Source: Camelus ferus (taxonomy: Eukaryota). From it: a stretch of 64,000 bases of DNA. A model generated the notes under the pieces. The model ran no database searches. It was not told the origin of the DNA and worked only from the letters and a program-made list of their open reading frames with translations. The stretch is taken from assembly GCF_009834535.1 (NCBI RefSeq), contig NC_045697.1, positions 116,128,001 to 116,192,000 on the forward strand, written 5' to 3'. The position numbers were made by a program, and so were the translations under genes. This document shows positions 39,911 through 53,649 of this stretch, one piece after another (the stretch's first letter is position 1; the number at the start of each line of letters is the position of its first letter).

Positions 39911-41438
39911 TTATCTGCAAGTTATGTTTTGTAAAACCGTAATACTACCTCACTTACAAAATGCAACAGGAAAACTTATGCAATCCGGCATCCCCTTCAT
40001 GTAGGAATCGGCAAGATACTGCACGGCTTGCTTAAAATAAAACAAGAGAATTCTACACCGGAATGGGCAGTAAAACACCATTTAAGTTGTCAATGTCAGT
40101 CCGTACAGCCTTCTGACCCTGTAAGCACCTCTTTTTTGTATTCACCCTATTTACCTATCCCTCCACCCTACCCCCACCCCCAAAGCCTTCCAGGTGACTC
40201 AGTGTCCAGATTCTCTCTCTCTCTCTCTCCATACTTCCTGTAGCTCCCCCTGTCTGGCAAAGCACGAACTACACCATGCCCTAACGCCGAAAGTACTCAC
40301 TTCACCTCAGGTACCCACTCACCTCTAGCCCCTAGATTTGGTTACAGCTGTCAAAGGTATTCCACCGCCAGACAGGCAAGTTCAAAGCATTCTTTATCTC
40401 ACTGTTTCTATTCTCTGTAATTTCATTACAATACATCAGTCAGTCCTAAATGACTGACCTGTGCCCCACCAACTTCTATGTCCATGAAAACACTAGTCAG
40501 GCCCCAGGCCGTGGCACACCAAGGTCCCTGGTCCCAGCTTTCCAGAACCCCCAGGACCCTCTCATTCAATGATCTTAACACTTCAGTGGTTATACACTGA
40601 TTTTCTCACCAGTTCAAACCTGACTGACCACCTGCCTGCGAGCTCTGAAAATGAGAGTGGGAGGTCCAGCCAGACTGCAGTGACTGGACTCTCCCGGGCC
40701 TGGGCCTCAGGGCTGCACCCACCCTAAGCCAGTGTACCCAGTAACAAGCCCAGGTTGGAAACCTCTACCTTGGTCACCCACCTCTCCTAGCCTTGCCCCA
40801 CGTTATCTCCTAGCCATCTTTACTGTCAAACACAAGGACCCTACTTCAGTGTCTTTTCCACTTATTGTCCCACAAGCACATCCCTAGAAAAGTTAAAACA
40901 CCCCTCTTGTGCTTGAGTCGTTTTCAGGAAGCTCTTCTCCACTATGTTTGAAGGACTATAATTATCCATATTCTGATACAGATAATCGGGGCGGGGGGGG
41001 GAATGGACCCCTGCTTTAGCCACAATGATGTTTCCATACACAAAATTAACCATATTTATACAAACTGTATATAGTTAACTATTTATAAGATTAACATACA
41101 AAAGGTTACTCACTTTGTATCAATTATACCTCAACTGCGTTAAAAATTCACTTAAATAGGATAGTGATTATAAAACCTGGAAGACCCTATTCACAGATAA
41201 CTCTTTACTCTGTGTTTCCAAAGTTACATAACAAGCTGAACTCCAAGATCAGGTGACAAAGTGGTAAGCTGAAACAGTCTCAAGATTCTGAATAACAATT
41301 AATAATTATTTTAGACTATATAAACTACCATGGCAGCAGAAAACTCTGAGAGAGATATATACATCCTGGAATACAGATGATTTAGCCTGATGAGAGAAAA
41401 GTTTTCCTATCTGCACAACTGAATTAAGTATGAATACA

Positions 41439-41680
41439 TTTTTTTAAATTGAAGTTTAGTTGATTTACAATGTTGTGCTAGTTTCTGGCGTACAGCAAAG
41501 GGATTCAGATATATATATATGTATCTATCTCTCACACTTTTTACTATTATGGTTTACTATAGGATACTGAGTATAGTTCACTGTGCTATACAGGAGGACC
41601 TTGTTGTTTATCTATTTTATATATAGTAGTGTGTGTCTGCTAATCCCAAACTCCTAATTTACTCCTCACCCACCACCTTT
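41439..41680 (-). mobile_element. Short 3' end of the younger L1 family
   Basis: ttgaagtttagttgatttacaatgttgtgctagtttctggcgtacagc, homologous to 37235-37480. Confidence 0.88.
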
Positions 41681-44600
41681 GGTTCACAAGGGTGCATTCA
41701 GAAAACCACCACTAGGCATACATATATATATTTAAATATATTTCATGTATACTTAAATACTTAATGGTGGTTTTCTAAATGCACCCTAATGAGCCAAAAA
41801 ATAATAATAAAAATAAAACCTAGGAAAGTGTTTTGACAGATTTTGACCATTGCCCCAATTTTTAACATTATCTGAAAATGTTTAATAGCAAAAGTTATCT
41901 TAATGAAACTGAGACACTAAGCAGTTTATAGTCATAAAATGTAAAGTAAGCCATCATAAAACAGAAGGTAAAAACTGTCCTTAAATATCTGACTCAAAAA
42001 AAATCACAGATAAAGGTAGAACTAAGAAAATCTAGATCTGGAACAGATAAACATTCAATACCAGAAATTATATTTTATATTTAATTACAAAAATATCTAA
42101 TTCCTATACATGAAGCCATTCATGTGTGCTAAAAGTAAGAAACACCTAAGGCAATACGTAATTTTTAGTATTTTTGAACTCACAGCAATAAATAATAAAT
42201 GTTAAGCAGATAGCTTTCAAACCCAGGTTAAATTTATTTAAATACTAACATAAAAAAGGCAGTGATCTACATGCCTAAGCTATTGTCTCACTTTATTTCA
42301 ACTATTTAATTCTTGAAGTACGTTTAAATGACTTTTAGTAAATTGTTCAACAATACTAAAAAAAAAAAGTGGGGTACGTAATACAGAATAAAGTCATTTT
42401 CTTTAACATTCAAACATACAATTTTGTTGTTTATTTATATGGTATATGCCTATATATTATATATGTAATTTTATACTCATAGTAATATTTATTTATAAAT
42501 ATATAATTCAGTTCATAATAAAATAAAAGTGCGTCCCTGAAATTAACTGAAATTTTTATTTTAATAAAGACATTCCAATTTCACCAAGTATAACTGGCTT
42601 CATACATTAATCTCTCTTAGCAATAGCCTTACTCTTTTTTATTTTGTCAGCGTTCCCAATACTGAACAGTATATTTCTTGAAACGAAAACAAATTTCGTT
42701 GCTACACATTTTAAGACACTGTGAGCTCATACAGGTGACACAGTAATTGCCACACCCTCCAAACCAAGCCTTCCCCCAAATAATTGTGCACAACCACAGG
42801 CTAGGAGTGCCTTCCCACTTGGCAGAAAACACCTCCAGCATTTTACAGAGAAAAACAATACTGTATTTCGCCACACACACACGTGTCAGACTTTAAAATC
42901 TTTATGAAATATGATATTTCCTTTGGCCAGAGAAATTCAAACATCACTGCAAATAAGGACCTCTGGGGTGAGCTCCCACAGGCACTTACGCAAGGACCAC
43001 AGATGACAGGCTCCCTGGCTGAAGACTGAAAGCGGCAGGCGCCCTGTGGTACCAGGTCCACTCTACACACAGAGACACCAGAGATCTTCCCTTTAAGGCT
43101 ACTTTGCTGGGACACCACCAGCGCCCCTATTCCGAGGACCACGAAGCCTGACTTGCAGGCACAGCACACCTGCGGTGCTGTAGTCATAGCAACCAATTCC
43201 CAGCTCAATCCGGCCACTGAGCTCCCTCCCCAGGGAGGGCTCTGCTCTGCGCAGAGGGAGTCACACGGGAAGGTGACTGGAAAGGGGCAGGTGTGATCTA
43301 ATGGATGCTGAAACCACGTCCGCCCTCCAGGATGAAGACGTTTGGTACAGAAGCAGCTAAAAATACCAAAGGTGGAATGTTTCAGTATATTCCGCGGTGC
43401 CTTTTACCCGAGTTCACTGTCTTCCTGTAACTTAGACTCCTACCTCCCTCCTTTCAAACTGAACACAGGATACACTTCTATCAAGCCCAGAACTCTCCCT
43501 CCAGGTCAAACCAAGTCATCATCAGCTCCAGTCAAACCAAGCTCACCTTTGTTTTGATTTCTATTTGCCTTATTTGGAGCTCTTTCCTAGCATTTCTTTA
43601 AAATCTTAAGATACACGTTTACTTTATTTGGGTGTGTACCAGGGGAACACCTGTACGTGAGTCAAGCTCCGGCAGGAGGAGAAGAGGACAGAAGAGGGAG
43701 CTGAAGAGGGTCCAGGAAGGTGAGACACTAACAGAGGAGGAGAGCAGGGGGGAGACCAGAAGAGTGTGGGTAACACAGCCGCTGGCCCCCACTCCAGCAT
43801 CCATCCCCTTTCTCCTTAGCAGGCTTTATCTCATTACTTTTAGGGGCACAGTACATCTCAGAATACAAGACCTGCAGACAGGACGGCTGGGCTTGGCCGG
43901 GAAGCCATGTCCTGAACTGAGGCTGAACAGAAGCGCTGAGCAGGGCAGACGGATGGGAGCCTGGACCGTCCTGGACGTGGACCTCCCAGATTCTCTCATG
44001 TGGGAGAAAACGCTGCTCCCGCTGTGCGCAAGCAACTGTCTTATGCAACCAAAATGAACTGTAATTAATACAGTGAGCAAACGACACCCAGGAAGACGCC
44101 GCCTGCCCTCTCCCTCGGCTGCACCTGCACGGATGGAGCGGGGCCATCCTCGGGCCCCTGGACAGCTTCTTCCGGACACCGCTGCCTCTGCTCTCCCCGC
44201 TCCTCCTCCTCTGCTCTCACCTGACATTCAGTAAATCACAGCTTCTCAGAGTCATTTTTACAAGGGATTGTGTGAGCCCAATATTGTTAAGCTCTTTTTT
44301 TTTAAGGGCAAGTTAAAATGTAATCCTGAACCAATACGTTCAACAAATATCTATGAGGTGCCTGCTATGTGCTAGGCACTGGGGAAGGGAAGTTGAGGAC
44401 TGCACCCCGTGCCTTTAAAGGGTCTTTGAGTTTAGCAGACACGTGGGTCCCTCCCGTGGGTGAAGAGGGCGGGGTGGCACCAATGGGCGAACGTCCCGGC
44501 AGAGTGAGCCGGTCTGAGCTGCCCGCACACCTCACCAAGGACTGTGGAGTCTCTCTGTTGGCAGCTGAGTGTCACGTAAGCTCACCATGCAAGGGAGCAA

Positions 44601-45771
44601 CCAGGGAAAGTCTGAGCTTTTAAACGACAATATGGTGATACTGCGGAAGACGCCCTGGGGGCCTCAGGAGCTGCTCCCACAGAGCAAGTGACATCTGAGC
44701 AAAGGCCCCGGCGGTGACGAGGCAGGTGACTTGACAGATGCGGTCATTTCTAACTCTGGAGCGTGATTTGCCCCCCGCCCAAAAAAACCTGTCAGGGGAG
44801 AAAAGAGAGGTCAGAACTGAGACTCAAAGCAACGTCTAGAGCAGGTGACAAGCTATTCATTAAAGCTGTTAGAGACAGGAAGGGCACCCTGGACAGGGCA
44901 CCAGCAGCCCCAGGGCCTGGGCACACCGTAACCCCTGCTCCCCCCGCCCCCACAGTGCTGCTGCGGCAACGCACAAAGCCAGCAGCGCCCCATGCCCACG
45001 CCCACCGTGCCTGCCCCGCAAGCCCGAACCTCGCCGGGGCCGGGGGCACTGACTGCCTGCCAGTGACCACTGGTATCAGCGGGCATTCAACGCTCCTGTC
45101 ACAATTTCTCTCTCTCGTCCAGACTCCTCAGCACCCACCACTGAACCCCCTAGCCCACCCACTGACTATGGCTCTGACCGTAAGACAGTCTGTAAAAAGG
45201 GTTTCACCCACTTCTGCAGTAACCTCCCTCCTCCCTGCATGGAGCTCTCCCCACTGGGTCACTGCCATCAGCGCACAAACACGCATCTTCGGGCTTTAAG
45301 GAAACAAATCCCCCTGACCTCACAGCTCCAGCCAGGACCCCGTTTCCCTGCTGATGAAATGATAAAACCTCTTTCCCCAGGGCCCATCTTCAGAGCACGA
45401 TCTACTTCACTGAGGGGCTCCCCAGGTCACCCGTGACTCCCACACTGTTACGTCCAAGGGCAGGTCTCTAGTCTCACCTTACTGATGCTCCTTGAAGCAG
45501 CGGACAAACAGACCCCTCCTCCTCCTCAAGACACTGTTACCCCTCGGCTTTGATGGCACACTGCGGGGGTCTCTGGGTGTGGCAGCCCCACGTTCCAGGC
45601 AGGCACACGGACACACCCAGTAACACTGCAGGACGGAGGAGACAGAGGGATACGCGGGCAGAGAGCTGCAGGTGAGCGGTGGACCGAGATCAGGACAGAC
45701 AGCTCAGTACTGCTACAAGCGTCAGGCTGGGGTTCAAAGAGACACCACTAGTAACGGAGGGTGATGTCTGA

Positions 45772-45926
45772 TTCTGTTTTTTGTTGCTGTTGTTGTTGTT
45801 GTTGTTTTAGGGGGGAGTAGGTTTATGTATTCATTTTTTTTTTTTTAATGGAGGCACTGGGGATGGAACCCAGGACCTCGCACCTGCTGAGCACACCCTC
45901 TACCACTGAGCTCTGCCCTCCCGCCT
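45772..45926 (-). mobile_element. Camelid tRNA-derived SINE (vic-1-like)
   Basis: ggaggcactggggatggaacccaggacctc...taccactgagctc, (TTG)n tail, TSD tgatgtYtga. Confidence 0.88.
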
Positions 45927-46261
45927 TGATGTTTGACCTGCGAAGCTGGTTCCATCATTTGCTCATCACTTTTGATCAGCCTTGTTGGTGAACGACCCTC
46001 CTGAGACATGAAGCTGCCAGCACACCACCCCTTGTAGTGATTAGGGTTAACAGATTAATATTTTGAAAGAGCAATACATTGATCGTTTACTCTTGACAAC
46101 TATCTGTTGAACCTAATAATCGCTCATCCTGAGAAGCAGAATGCTTTGGTGATCTCGATACGGGTGTGTCAGTTTTTTAACTGCTTCTGGGCTGGATGTG
46201 GGGGAAATAACGGTCAAAGATTGTGGGAAGTCAGTCAAGTCCCAGAGGACTGACTCACTGT

Positions 46262-46289
46262 CACACACACACACACACACACACACACA
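46262..46289. repeat. (CA)n microsatellite
   Basis: About 14 uninterrupted CA units. Confidence 0.95.
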
Positions 46290-46729
46290 ACTTTATGCAT
46301 GCAGGTGTACATTTTCATCCAATTATGTATTCAGTTATACATGTGTTTATATGTACAGATCAAATTGGATATTTTTAAGTTAAAACAGAAGTACGTTTCT
46401 ATGACTCCCTGTCTAACCAACCATTTCATTAACTGTCCAACCACAGGCTCCAATCACCTGCTTCTGCAAAATACTGTGATAATGGAGTGTATAAAACAAT
46501 GTCTAAGAGGTAGTTCTTGTAACTAGTAGTCCTTACTCATTCTGCTGCCATCCACTAACTGTCGGTCATTTCAAGTAACAACTGAATAAAGTGCAATGGC
46601 TTCTCTTGGGAGGAAGGAAGGGAAGAGGGAGGGTGGGGGAGGGAGGAACACTTTTTTCTTTTAAAGAAATATTAGAAACTTCCAACAGTGCTGGCCATAG
46701 AGGAAACTGATGAAAAGCGTATGCTATCA

Positions 46730-47910
46730 GCAGTGCTCCCCTAGGGCAGTCTGCCCAAGCAATAGAAATAAAAGCAAGAATAAACAAATGGGGCCTAATT
46801 AAACTTACAAGCTTTTGCACAGCAAAGGAAACCATAAGCAAAACAAAACGACAGCCTATGAAATGGGAGAAAATATTTACAAAAGATGAAACTGACAAGG
46901 GCTTGATTTCCAGACTATATAAACAGCTCATATGACTTAATAAGAAAAAAACCAAACAACCCAATCTGAAAAAGGGCAGAAGACCTAAATAAGCAATTCT
47001 CCAATGAAGACATACAAGTAACCAATAGGCAAATGAAAAAAATGCTCAATATCGCTAATTATCAGAGATGCAAATCAAAACTACAATGAGGTATCACCTC
47101 ACATCAGCCAGAATGGCCATCATTCAAAAGTACACAAATGATAAATGCTGGAGAGGGTGTGGAGAAAAGGGAACCTTCCTATATTGTTTGTGGGAATGCA
47201 GTTTCATGCAGCCATTGTGGAAAACAGTACAGAGATTCCTCAAAAGACTAAAGACAGACTTAACCATATGATCCAGCAATCCCACTCCTGGGCATATATC
47301 CAGAAGGAACCCTAATTCAAAAAGACACCTGCACCCCAATGTTCATAGCAGCACTATTTACGATAGCCAAGAAATAGAAACAACCTAAATGCCCACTGAG
47401 AGATGACTGGATAAAGAAGATGTGGTGTATTTATACAATGAAATTCTACTCAGCCATAAAAAATGATAAAATAATGCCATTTGCAGCAACATGGATGGAC
47501 CTGGAGAATTTCATTCTAAGTGAAGTAAGCCAGAAAGAGAAAGAAAAATACCATATGATATTACTCATATGTGGAATCTAATTTAAAAAAAAAAAGACAA
47601 ACGAACTTATATATAAAACAGAAACAGATGTGCAGACATAGAATACAGACTTGTGGTAGCCAGTGGGGAAGAGGGTGGGAAGGGACAGACTGGGAGTTCA
47701 AGATTTGTAGATACCAACTGGTATATATAAAATAGATAAACAAGTTTATACTGTATAGCACAGGGAAATATATACAAGATCTTGTAGTAGCTCACGGTGA
47801 AAAAGAATATGAAAATGAATATACGTATATTCATATGTGACTGAAGCATTGTGCTGTACACCAGAAACTGACACAACATTGTAAACTGACTGTACCTCAA
47901 TTAAAAAAAA
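46730..47910 (+). mobile_element. Younger lineage L1, 5'-truncated, with TSD
   Basis: ORF2 peptide [19 protein letters not shown]...CWRGCGEKG, 3' UTR and poly-A. TSD aaaagcgtatgctatca (46713-46729) versus aaaagtgcatgttatca (47910-47926). Confidence 0.95.
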
Positions 47911-48011
47911 AAAGTGCATGTTATCACTTCATTTAATCCTGTTATAAGTTACTGCTATCTTCTCATGTAAGAAGGGATGTAAGACCAATGTGTTATTTTA
48001 AAAACTTGATG

Positions 48012-48147
48012 GAGGTGGGGAGATTATAGCTCAAGTGGTAGAGTGCATGCTTAGTGTGCATGAGGTTCTGGGTTTGATCTCTAGTACCTCTTCTAAGAAT
48101 AAATAAACAAATAAATAAACCTAATTGCCGTCCCCCCCAAAAAAAAC
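48012..48147 (+). mobile_element. Camelid tRNA-derived SINE (vic-1-like)
   Basis: tatagctcaagtggtagagtgcatgcttagtgtgcatgagg; TSD tttaaaaactYgatg. Confidence 0.9.
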
Positions 48148-51100
48148 TTTAAAAACTCGATGAGGACAGTTTTAAGGTGATTTGCAGTTTTTCTTTTGTT
48201 TTCCTATTTTTCCCATCCCTTCCTCCCCAGTTTAATCCGTGCCATTCCTGTTGGATGTCGCCAGTACCTGAAGGAAAACCTCACCGGCCATGTACCACTT
48301 CCAGAACTCTGACCCCCAGTTAATGTCCAATAAAGGTACCTTCCGCCAGTGAGTTATTTTCAAAATGCCACACTCCATCTCCAATGAGGCATCACAAGAC
48401 ACAGCAAATGTGCACCCTTTCAAGAAGATGGTGTCCACGTGGAATGCGGGACACGTAACTGTGCCTCCAGTCCCCACCCCACAGACACAGAATTATCCTT
48501 CCACTGTTTCACCCACTTCCACTACTGGGGGAAAAAAAAACAGCAAGTTCTCAGCAATCAATTAACTTATCACACAGCACTGGCAGGCAGAAAGGAGGCC
48601 TGTGATTTTTAGACTCAAGTAGCTCGTTGTTTGTCATGTGAATCATAATGAGAACAGTATTCCAGCCTCTCAGAACTGATTAGCTCAATGTCTTGTTTCC
48701 CACTTATCCTCATCAGAGCTGCCAGCTCTAATTTAAAATGGGATTACGGCGGGTACCACGGCGTAATGTTCCTCCTGAGACTGTGGTGGACCTGGGATGG
48801 ATGGAGGGAAGGGCTCTGGACCGTGGCCTGGCCGCCCCCGGAGAGATAAACAATGCACGTGCTTCTCCCAGCCTCCCATCCATGTCACCTGAGACCCACC
48901 CACCTGTAGTCCAGGCCTTTCCAGCCGGGTCTGCACACCTGTAAACCGGACATCCTCAGCGATGCTTCCACAGCCCCTGCACGCCCTACAGAGCACCCCT
49001 ACCCTAGATAAGCAATCCTGTCCTCGGGCTTCCACTCGAGGAAGGGGCTCCTCGACATGTATGCATTTCCTCCCAACCACGTCCAACAATCTAAGTCAGA
49101 AACCCAACTCCAAACTCACTTATCTAGGAGCCCCCTCTGACTGATTACCACATACACTAAAATAATGTCTTTGATGGGATTTTGCACTCGTTGTGGACTT
49201 GGCTGAGTCAATTTACACTCCACCATGTAACAACCCCGAGGCATTTCCTCATGCTGCACACACAACCACTTCACCTCACCAGCCAGACCTTAGCATGCGT
49301 GACTGTCGCTTCCACTGGGAACTCCAGAACCAAGAGACCAAATGGTAGGAGTGAACGCAAGTTTCAGCTGATGTTGGAAATACCATGGAAATAACGCCTC
49401 AAAACTGCAACTCTACCAAACCTACTTTAGAATGAGGCAGAACTACCATATATATGAAAAGGGCCCGTGAACCAGCCCAAAATTGTGACAGCATTTCAAG
49501 GTTCAGCCTTCCCACGGACAGGGCTTTGCCAGTTATAGATGTAATTTCCTACGACATTCGTGGTGGTAGGTTACTCTGACTGCTAGGTCTGCAGCCTGAC
49601 AAAACCTGGCAGCTGGACCCTCCCGTCCGTGCACTGCAAGCCTTCACCCGCCTGTGTAGGCCTTTGTCGCCAGGCCGTCTGGCTCCCAGTGCTAATTACC
49701 AACCTTCTCTTGGCACCTTCCAGGTTCCTAGGCTAACAGCTACCCTGGCCTTGTCTTTCAACCTTATGGCCCTGCCCTGGCACCACGCGGGTATGCAGCG
49801 AAGGGACTATTGACCACTTGCTCTGGATATGAAAAATACAGACAGGTTTTAACTGTCAGAGCAATAAAAATACTGCTTGTTTATGACTAAATACGGTGCC
49901 CATGATCATTTCACTTCTCTGGAGGCCCCATGATAAAACTGACTCCACTGACAAAATCAAATTCAGTGTTTTAATAAGAATGTTTTCACCCCCCCAGGAT
50001 TGTGACCAACATAAATTCAAAAGAGAGTCTGTATAATAATAATGCTTTGTGTTTTAAATATCTACTGTACTGACTTTTTTTTGCAAATAGATGCAAAAAT
50101 GATCACTACATTAGTTGAAAAGGATTCCAGTTCTGTGAGTTAATATACAACCTAGATAAACGATCTCCTTCTCTAATAAACAATCCAAACAATGAGGTGA
50201 AAGTTTAGAAACACAGTGCAAACCTAGCTTTAGTATCTAAATCAGAATTATCAGCCTTTCCAAGAAGTCAGCAGCCAGAAAATCACATTCATCCAAGTTA
50301 TGATACTGCGATTTGACTGTAAACAGGACTCAGCACACACAGTGGGGCAATGTTAGAAGTGAGAAAATTTAAAGTACATAACAATTTCTACTGCACTTTC
50401 TTAAATACACTGATTCAGAGAATATTAGGGCAATAAACTTTATTGGTATTTTCCTGCCCATTATTTGCAGAAAACCAAATACTCTTTAAAAAACACTTCT
50501 AAACCTGCAACTTCAGCTAAGATAATTTTCATCTATTGCTGTCCAGCCCCGGGGCTGCTGCAAATGATGCCTTTGAGAAAATTAGTGGGAAGAACTCCTT
50601 CCTCAAGTTACTTCACCAACCTCTGCCTGTCACTGTCCTAACACACCAACCCACCACGGCTGTGGGTGTAAACAGCATGTCAGAGAGTTGTGCAGTGCAC
50701 AACCTGAACAACTCAGTGACCACAACTGCTTCGTTCACAGGCTTGGGAAAACACATGCAGCTTATACTGTTTCTATATTCATCTACCGCGAAGGTCCCCT
50801 CTGGCACTTTCGGAAATGAGAACGAGACTAACTTTTGCTGGATTCCTGCGTTACCTCTGCTCACCATCTTTCTGATCACATGAAGACGCTGAATTTATTT
50901 TAAATTAGACTTTAAGAAAAACAAATAAACCTATAAATTGCACCTTGTTTCAAGAACATAAATGGCACTCCAAACAAGAGCTTGGCTTTGTCTTAGGGCA
51001 GCATTATATGTAACAATATTACAAGTGACACCACAGTCACTTGTACAAATATCCAAGTTTCAAAACTTGGTACACTTCAAACAGGTTTAGGATAAAACTC

Positions 51101-51310
51101 ATAAAGCAACATTCGTATCAGTGAAATGGCTTGGAGCAGGGCCAAGTGAGCAGGATGCCACTGACAGTCACAAAAATGCATAAGTTCCATAAAGGTTGAA
51201 AGTCTTAGCAAGGAACAACAGTCATGCTTGAATGACCAAAGTAAAGTGTAACCAAAACCCACTTTTATTTGTGATTTTTGAGAGAAAATAAAAATAAAAA
51301 TGAAAAGTAA

Positions 51311-51460
51311 AGGGGTGGGGGTGGGGAGAGCTCAGTGGTAGAGCACATGCTTAGCATGCAGAAGGTCCTGGGTTCAATCCCCAGTACCTCTGTTAAAAAT
51401 AAACAAACAAATAAATAAATCTAATTACCTCTCCCCCCAAAAAACCAAACTCAAAAAAAA
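51311..51460 (+). mobile_element. Camelid tRNA-derived SINE (vic-1-like)
   Basis: agctcagtggtagagcacatgcttagcatgcagaaggtcctgggttcaatccccagtacctc. Confidence 0.92.
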
Positions 51461-51679
51461 GTTGAAATTAGTTAATTAATTTTAAAAATATAAAATGCTG
51501 ACCTAAATGTCAACTGAGGAATTCAGTGAAGCTAAAGAAATTTGGAAGCCAAACAACAGGCTTTCTGCAACGTACATCACCCTTCTCGCTTAATGGTGTC
51601 AGGTGTCAGAGCAATTTCATGAGAAGCAGTTAAAAACATGAAAATGTTGTCCAAAGTACTTTGATCCAGAACTAACCGT

Positions 51680-51810
51680 TGGGGGTGGGGTGTAGCTCAA
51701 GTGGTCCAGTGTGTACTTAGCATGCACAAGGTCCTGGGTTCAATCCCCAGTACCTCCTCTAAAAATAAACAAAATAAATTACACCCCCCTTCAAAAAAAA
51801 AACCAAAAAA
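51680..51810 (+). mobile_element. Camelid tRNA-derived SINE (vic-1-like)
   Basis: tagctcaagtggtccagtgtgtacttagcatgcacaaggtcctgggttcaatcccc; TSD actaacYgtt. Confidence 0.92.
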
Positions 51811-52914
51811 CACTAACTGTTTGAGCTGAATCACCTGTCAAAATGAGTTGACACTTTCAAGAGAACAATCAGGTTACTTATTACGCGCACTGATAGCCAA
51901 TCTCCAGCCTGACAGGATAAAAACGTGGTAAATGTGGAGTCCTCTGTGAACCAGTTGTTTTGTAAAAACAGACTGTTACTAACACCTAATCCATATTGTG
52001 CTTTAACCAAACCTCAGTGTTTCCTGGAATCACTAATGTCCACCTTTAACGCAGCCCCGTAGAGGCTCCTTCCAACAAGAACAATCTCAGTGCTATTCCT
52101 AAGGCCACATCTCCAAAGGAAACAAACAGCGTGGACACGGCCGAGGCCGCCAGGTGCAGCATGAGGAAATCGCCTATATTTAGCACCAGCTTATCATTCC
52201 GCCTGGAACGCTACTCCAGCCTTCATGCCACAAGAGTCCTGACTCGCGAGCATCTGACATCCAGCCAGAGAGAGTCGCTTATGGCATCTTTGAAAATAAT
52301 TAGACATGGGATCCAATGTGCTCATGAAACAAGCCTGAACTGCAAGTCCCCTTTCTTCTGGAACAGCAGCTTTCCGAACACTGGGTCCCCTGTCCGGAAG
52401 TTAGGACAAGCTGTGACTTGACTAGCTGACAGTGGCTGGTTGTCAGGAAAAGGCCACCCCGGGCTCCTCTGCCATTCTGGGAATTGTCCACAGATTGGTA
52501 CAACAGACCTCGCAGAGCAATGGTGAGGAAGTCACCAACCTCGGTTCTCTCCAAGATGCATAAATTTTAAATCACATTCACTATAGTGTTATTTGTAAGA
52601 AAAAGTATCGAAAATTTACCCTTTACAATTATTAACTGAATTGTGGGAAGTTCAAACAACTGAACATTAAACAGACATCAAAATGCATAAAGACGAAGCC
52701 TTTACAAAGAGGTTTTGACGTTACAAGGCAAGCATATGTATACATATTCTTTAATTGAAAGGGCAAGATATTAAACCATTTATAAAGCACGCTCTTAAGT
52801 ATGCAGAACACATACACATAGGACTAGACTGGAAAAAGCCCAGAGTATTCAAGAATGATGATCTTGGACGAGAGACTTCAGGTGGTATGTTTCCTTCTCT
52901 GTATTGCTGATGAT

Positions 52915-53086
52915 TTTTAAAAATATCTTATTTATTTATTTTTTATTTTGTTTCGGGGGGAGGTAACTACTTTTGTTTGTTTGTTTGTTTGTTTATTTAT
53001 TTATTTTTAGAGGAGGTACTGGGGATTGAATCCAGGACCTCTTGTGTGCTAAACACGCACTCTACCACTGAGCTGTACCCTCCCCC
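52915..53086 (-). mobile_element. Camelid tRNA-derived SINE (vic-1-like)
   Basis: gaggaggtactggggattgaatccaggacctc...ctctaccactgagctgtaccctcccc; TSD ttgctgat. Confidence 0.92.
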
Positions 53087-53649
53087 TTGCTGATCATTTA
53101 TATAGCAATTATCATTGCTTTTTACATTAAAATTATACGTAATTTTTAAAACATGCTGATGCTTGAATATTATTTGCCTACACCCACTCCCAAGTTCAGA
53201 AACAGAGGCAGAGCCTCCAGGAAGAGAACAGAGGGTAGGTCCTGTGTGGGAAGAACAGGACAGTGGGCAGCGTTCCCTCTCTGCTCCTCAAGGACACAAG
53301 CCCTCGAGCCACAGGGCCCACCCATGGGGGGCGCAGGCCTCCTGGGCAGAATCTGGGGGCACCCCCAGCAGCTGCACCTCTGGGCTCCTCAGCTATGAAA
53401 GCAGGTCACCCTCGCACCCACCCCGAAGGGCAGTCATGAAATTACACGACTGGACAGACACAAAGCTTCTTGGACGATGCCTGCGAGCAGACAGCACTCC
53501 CTGTCAAAGCCCGAGCTGCTCTCGCATCACCGCATTCCAGGACGACTGTCACCTCCCTCTGTGACGACGCCAGCACCAGGACATCCCGCACCTGCTGCTG
53601 CTTAAGGACAACAGACCTGCTTGACGTTCACTCTTGTCTCTCGCCTCTC

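Noticed and set aside
48232..48477. 81-aa minus-strand ORF as a retrocopy or extra exon
   Set aside because: No recognisable protein and no poly-A/TSD of its own.
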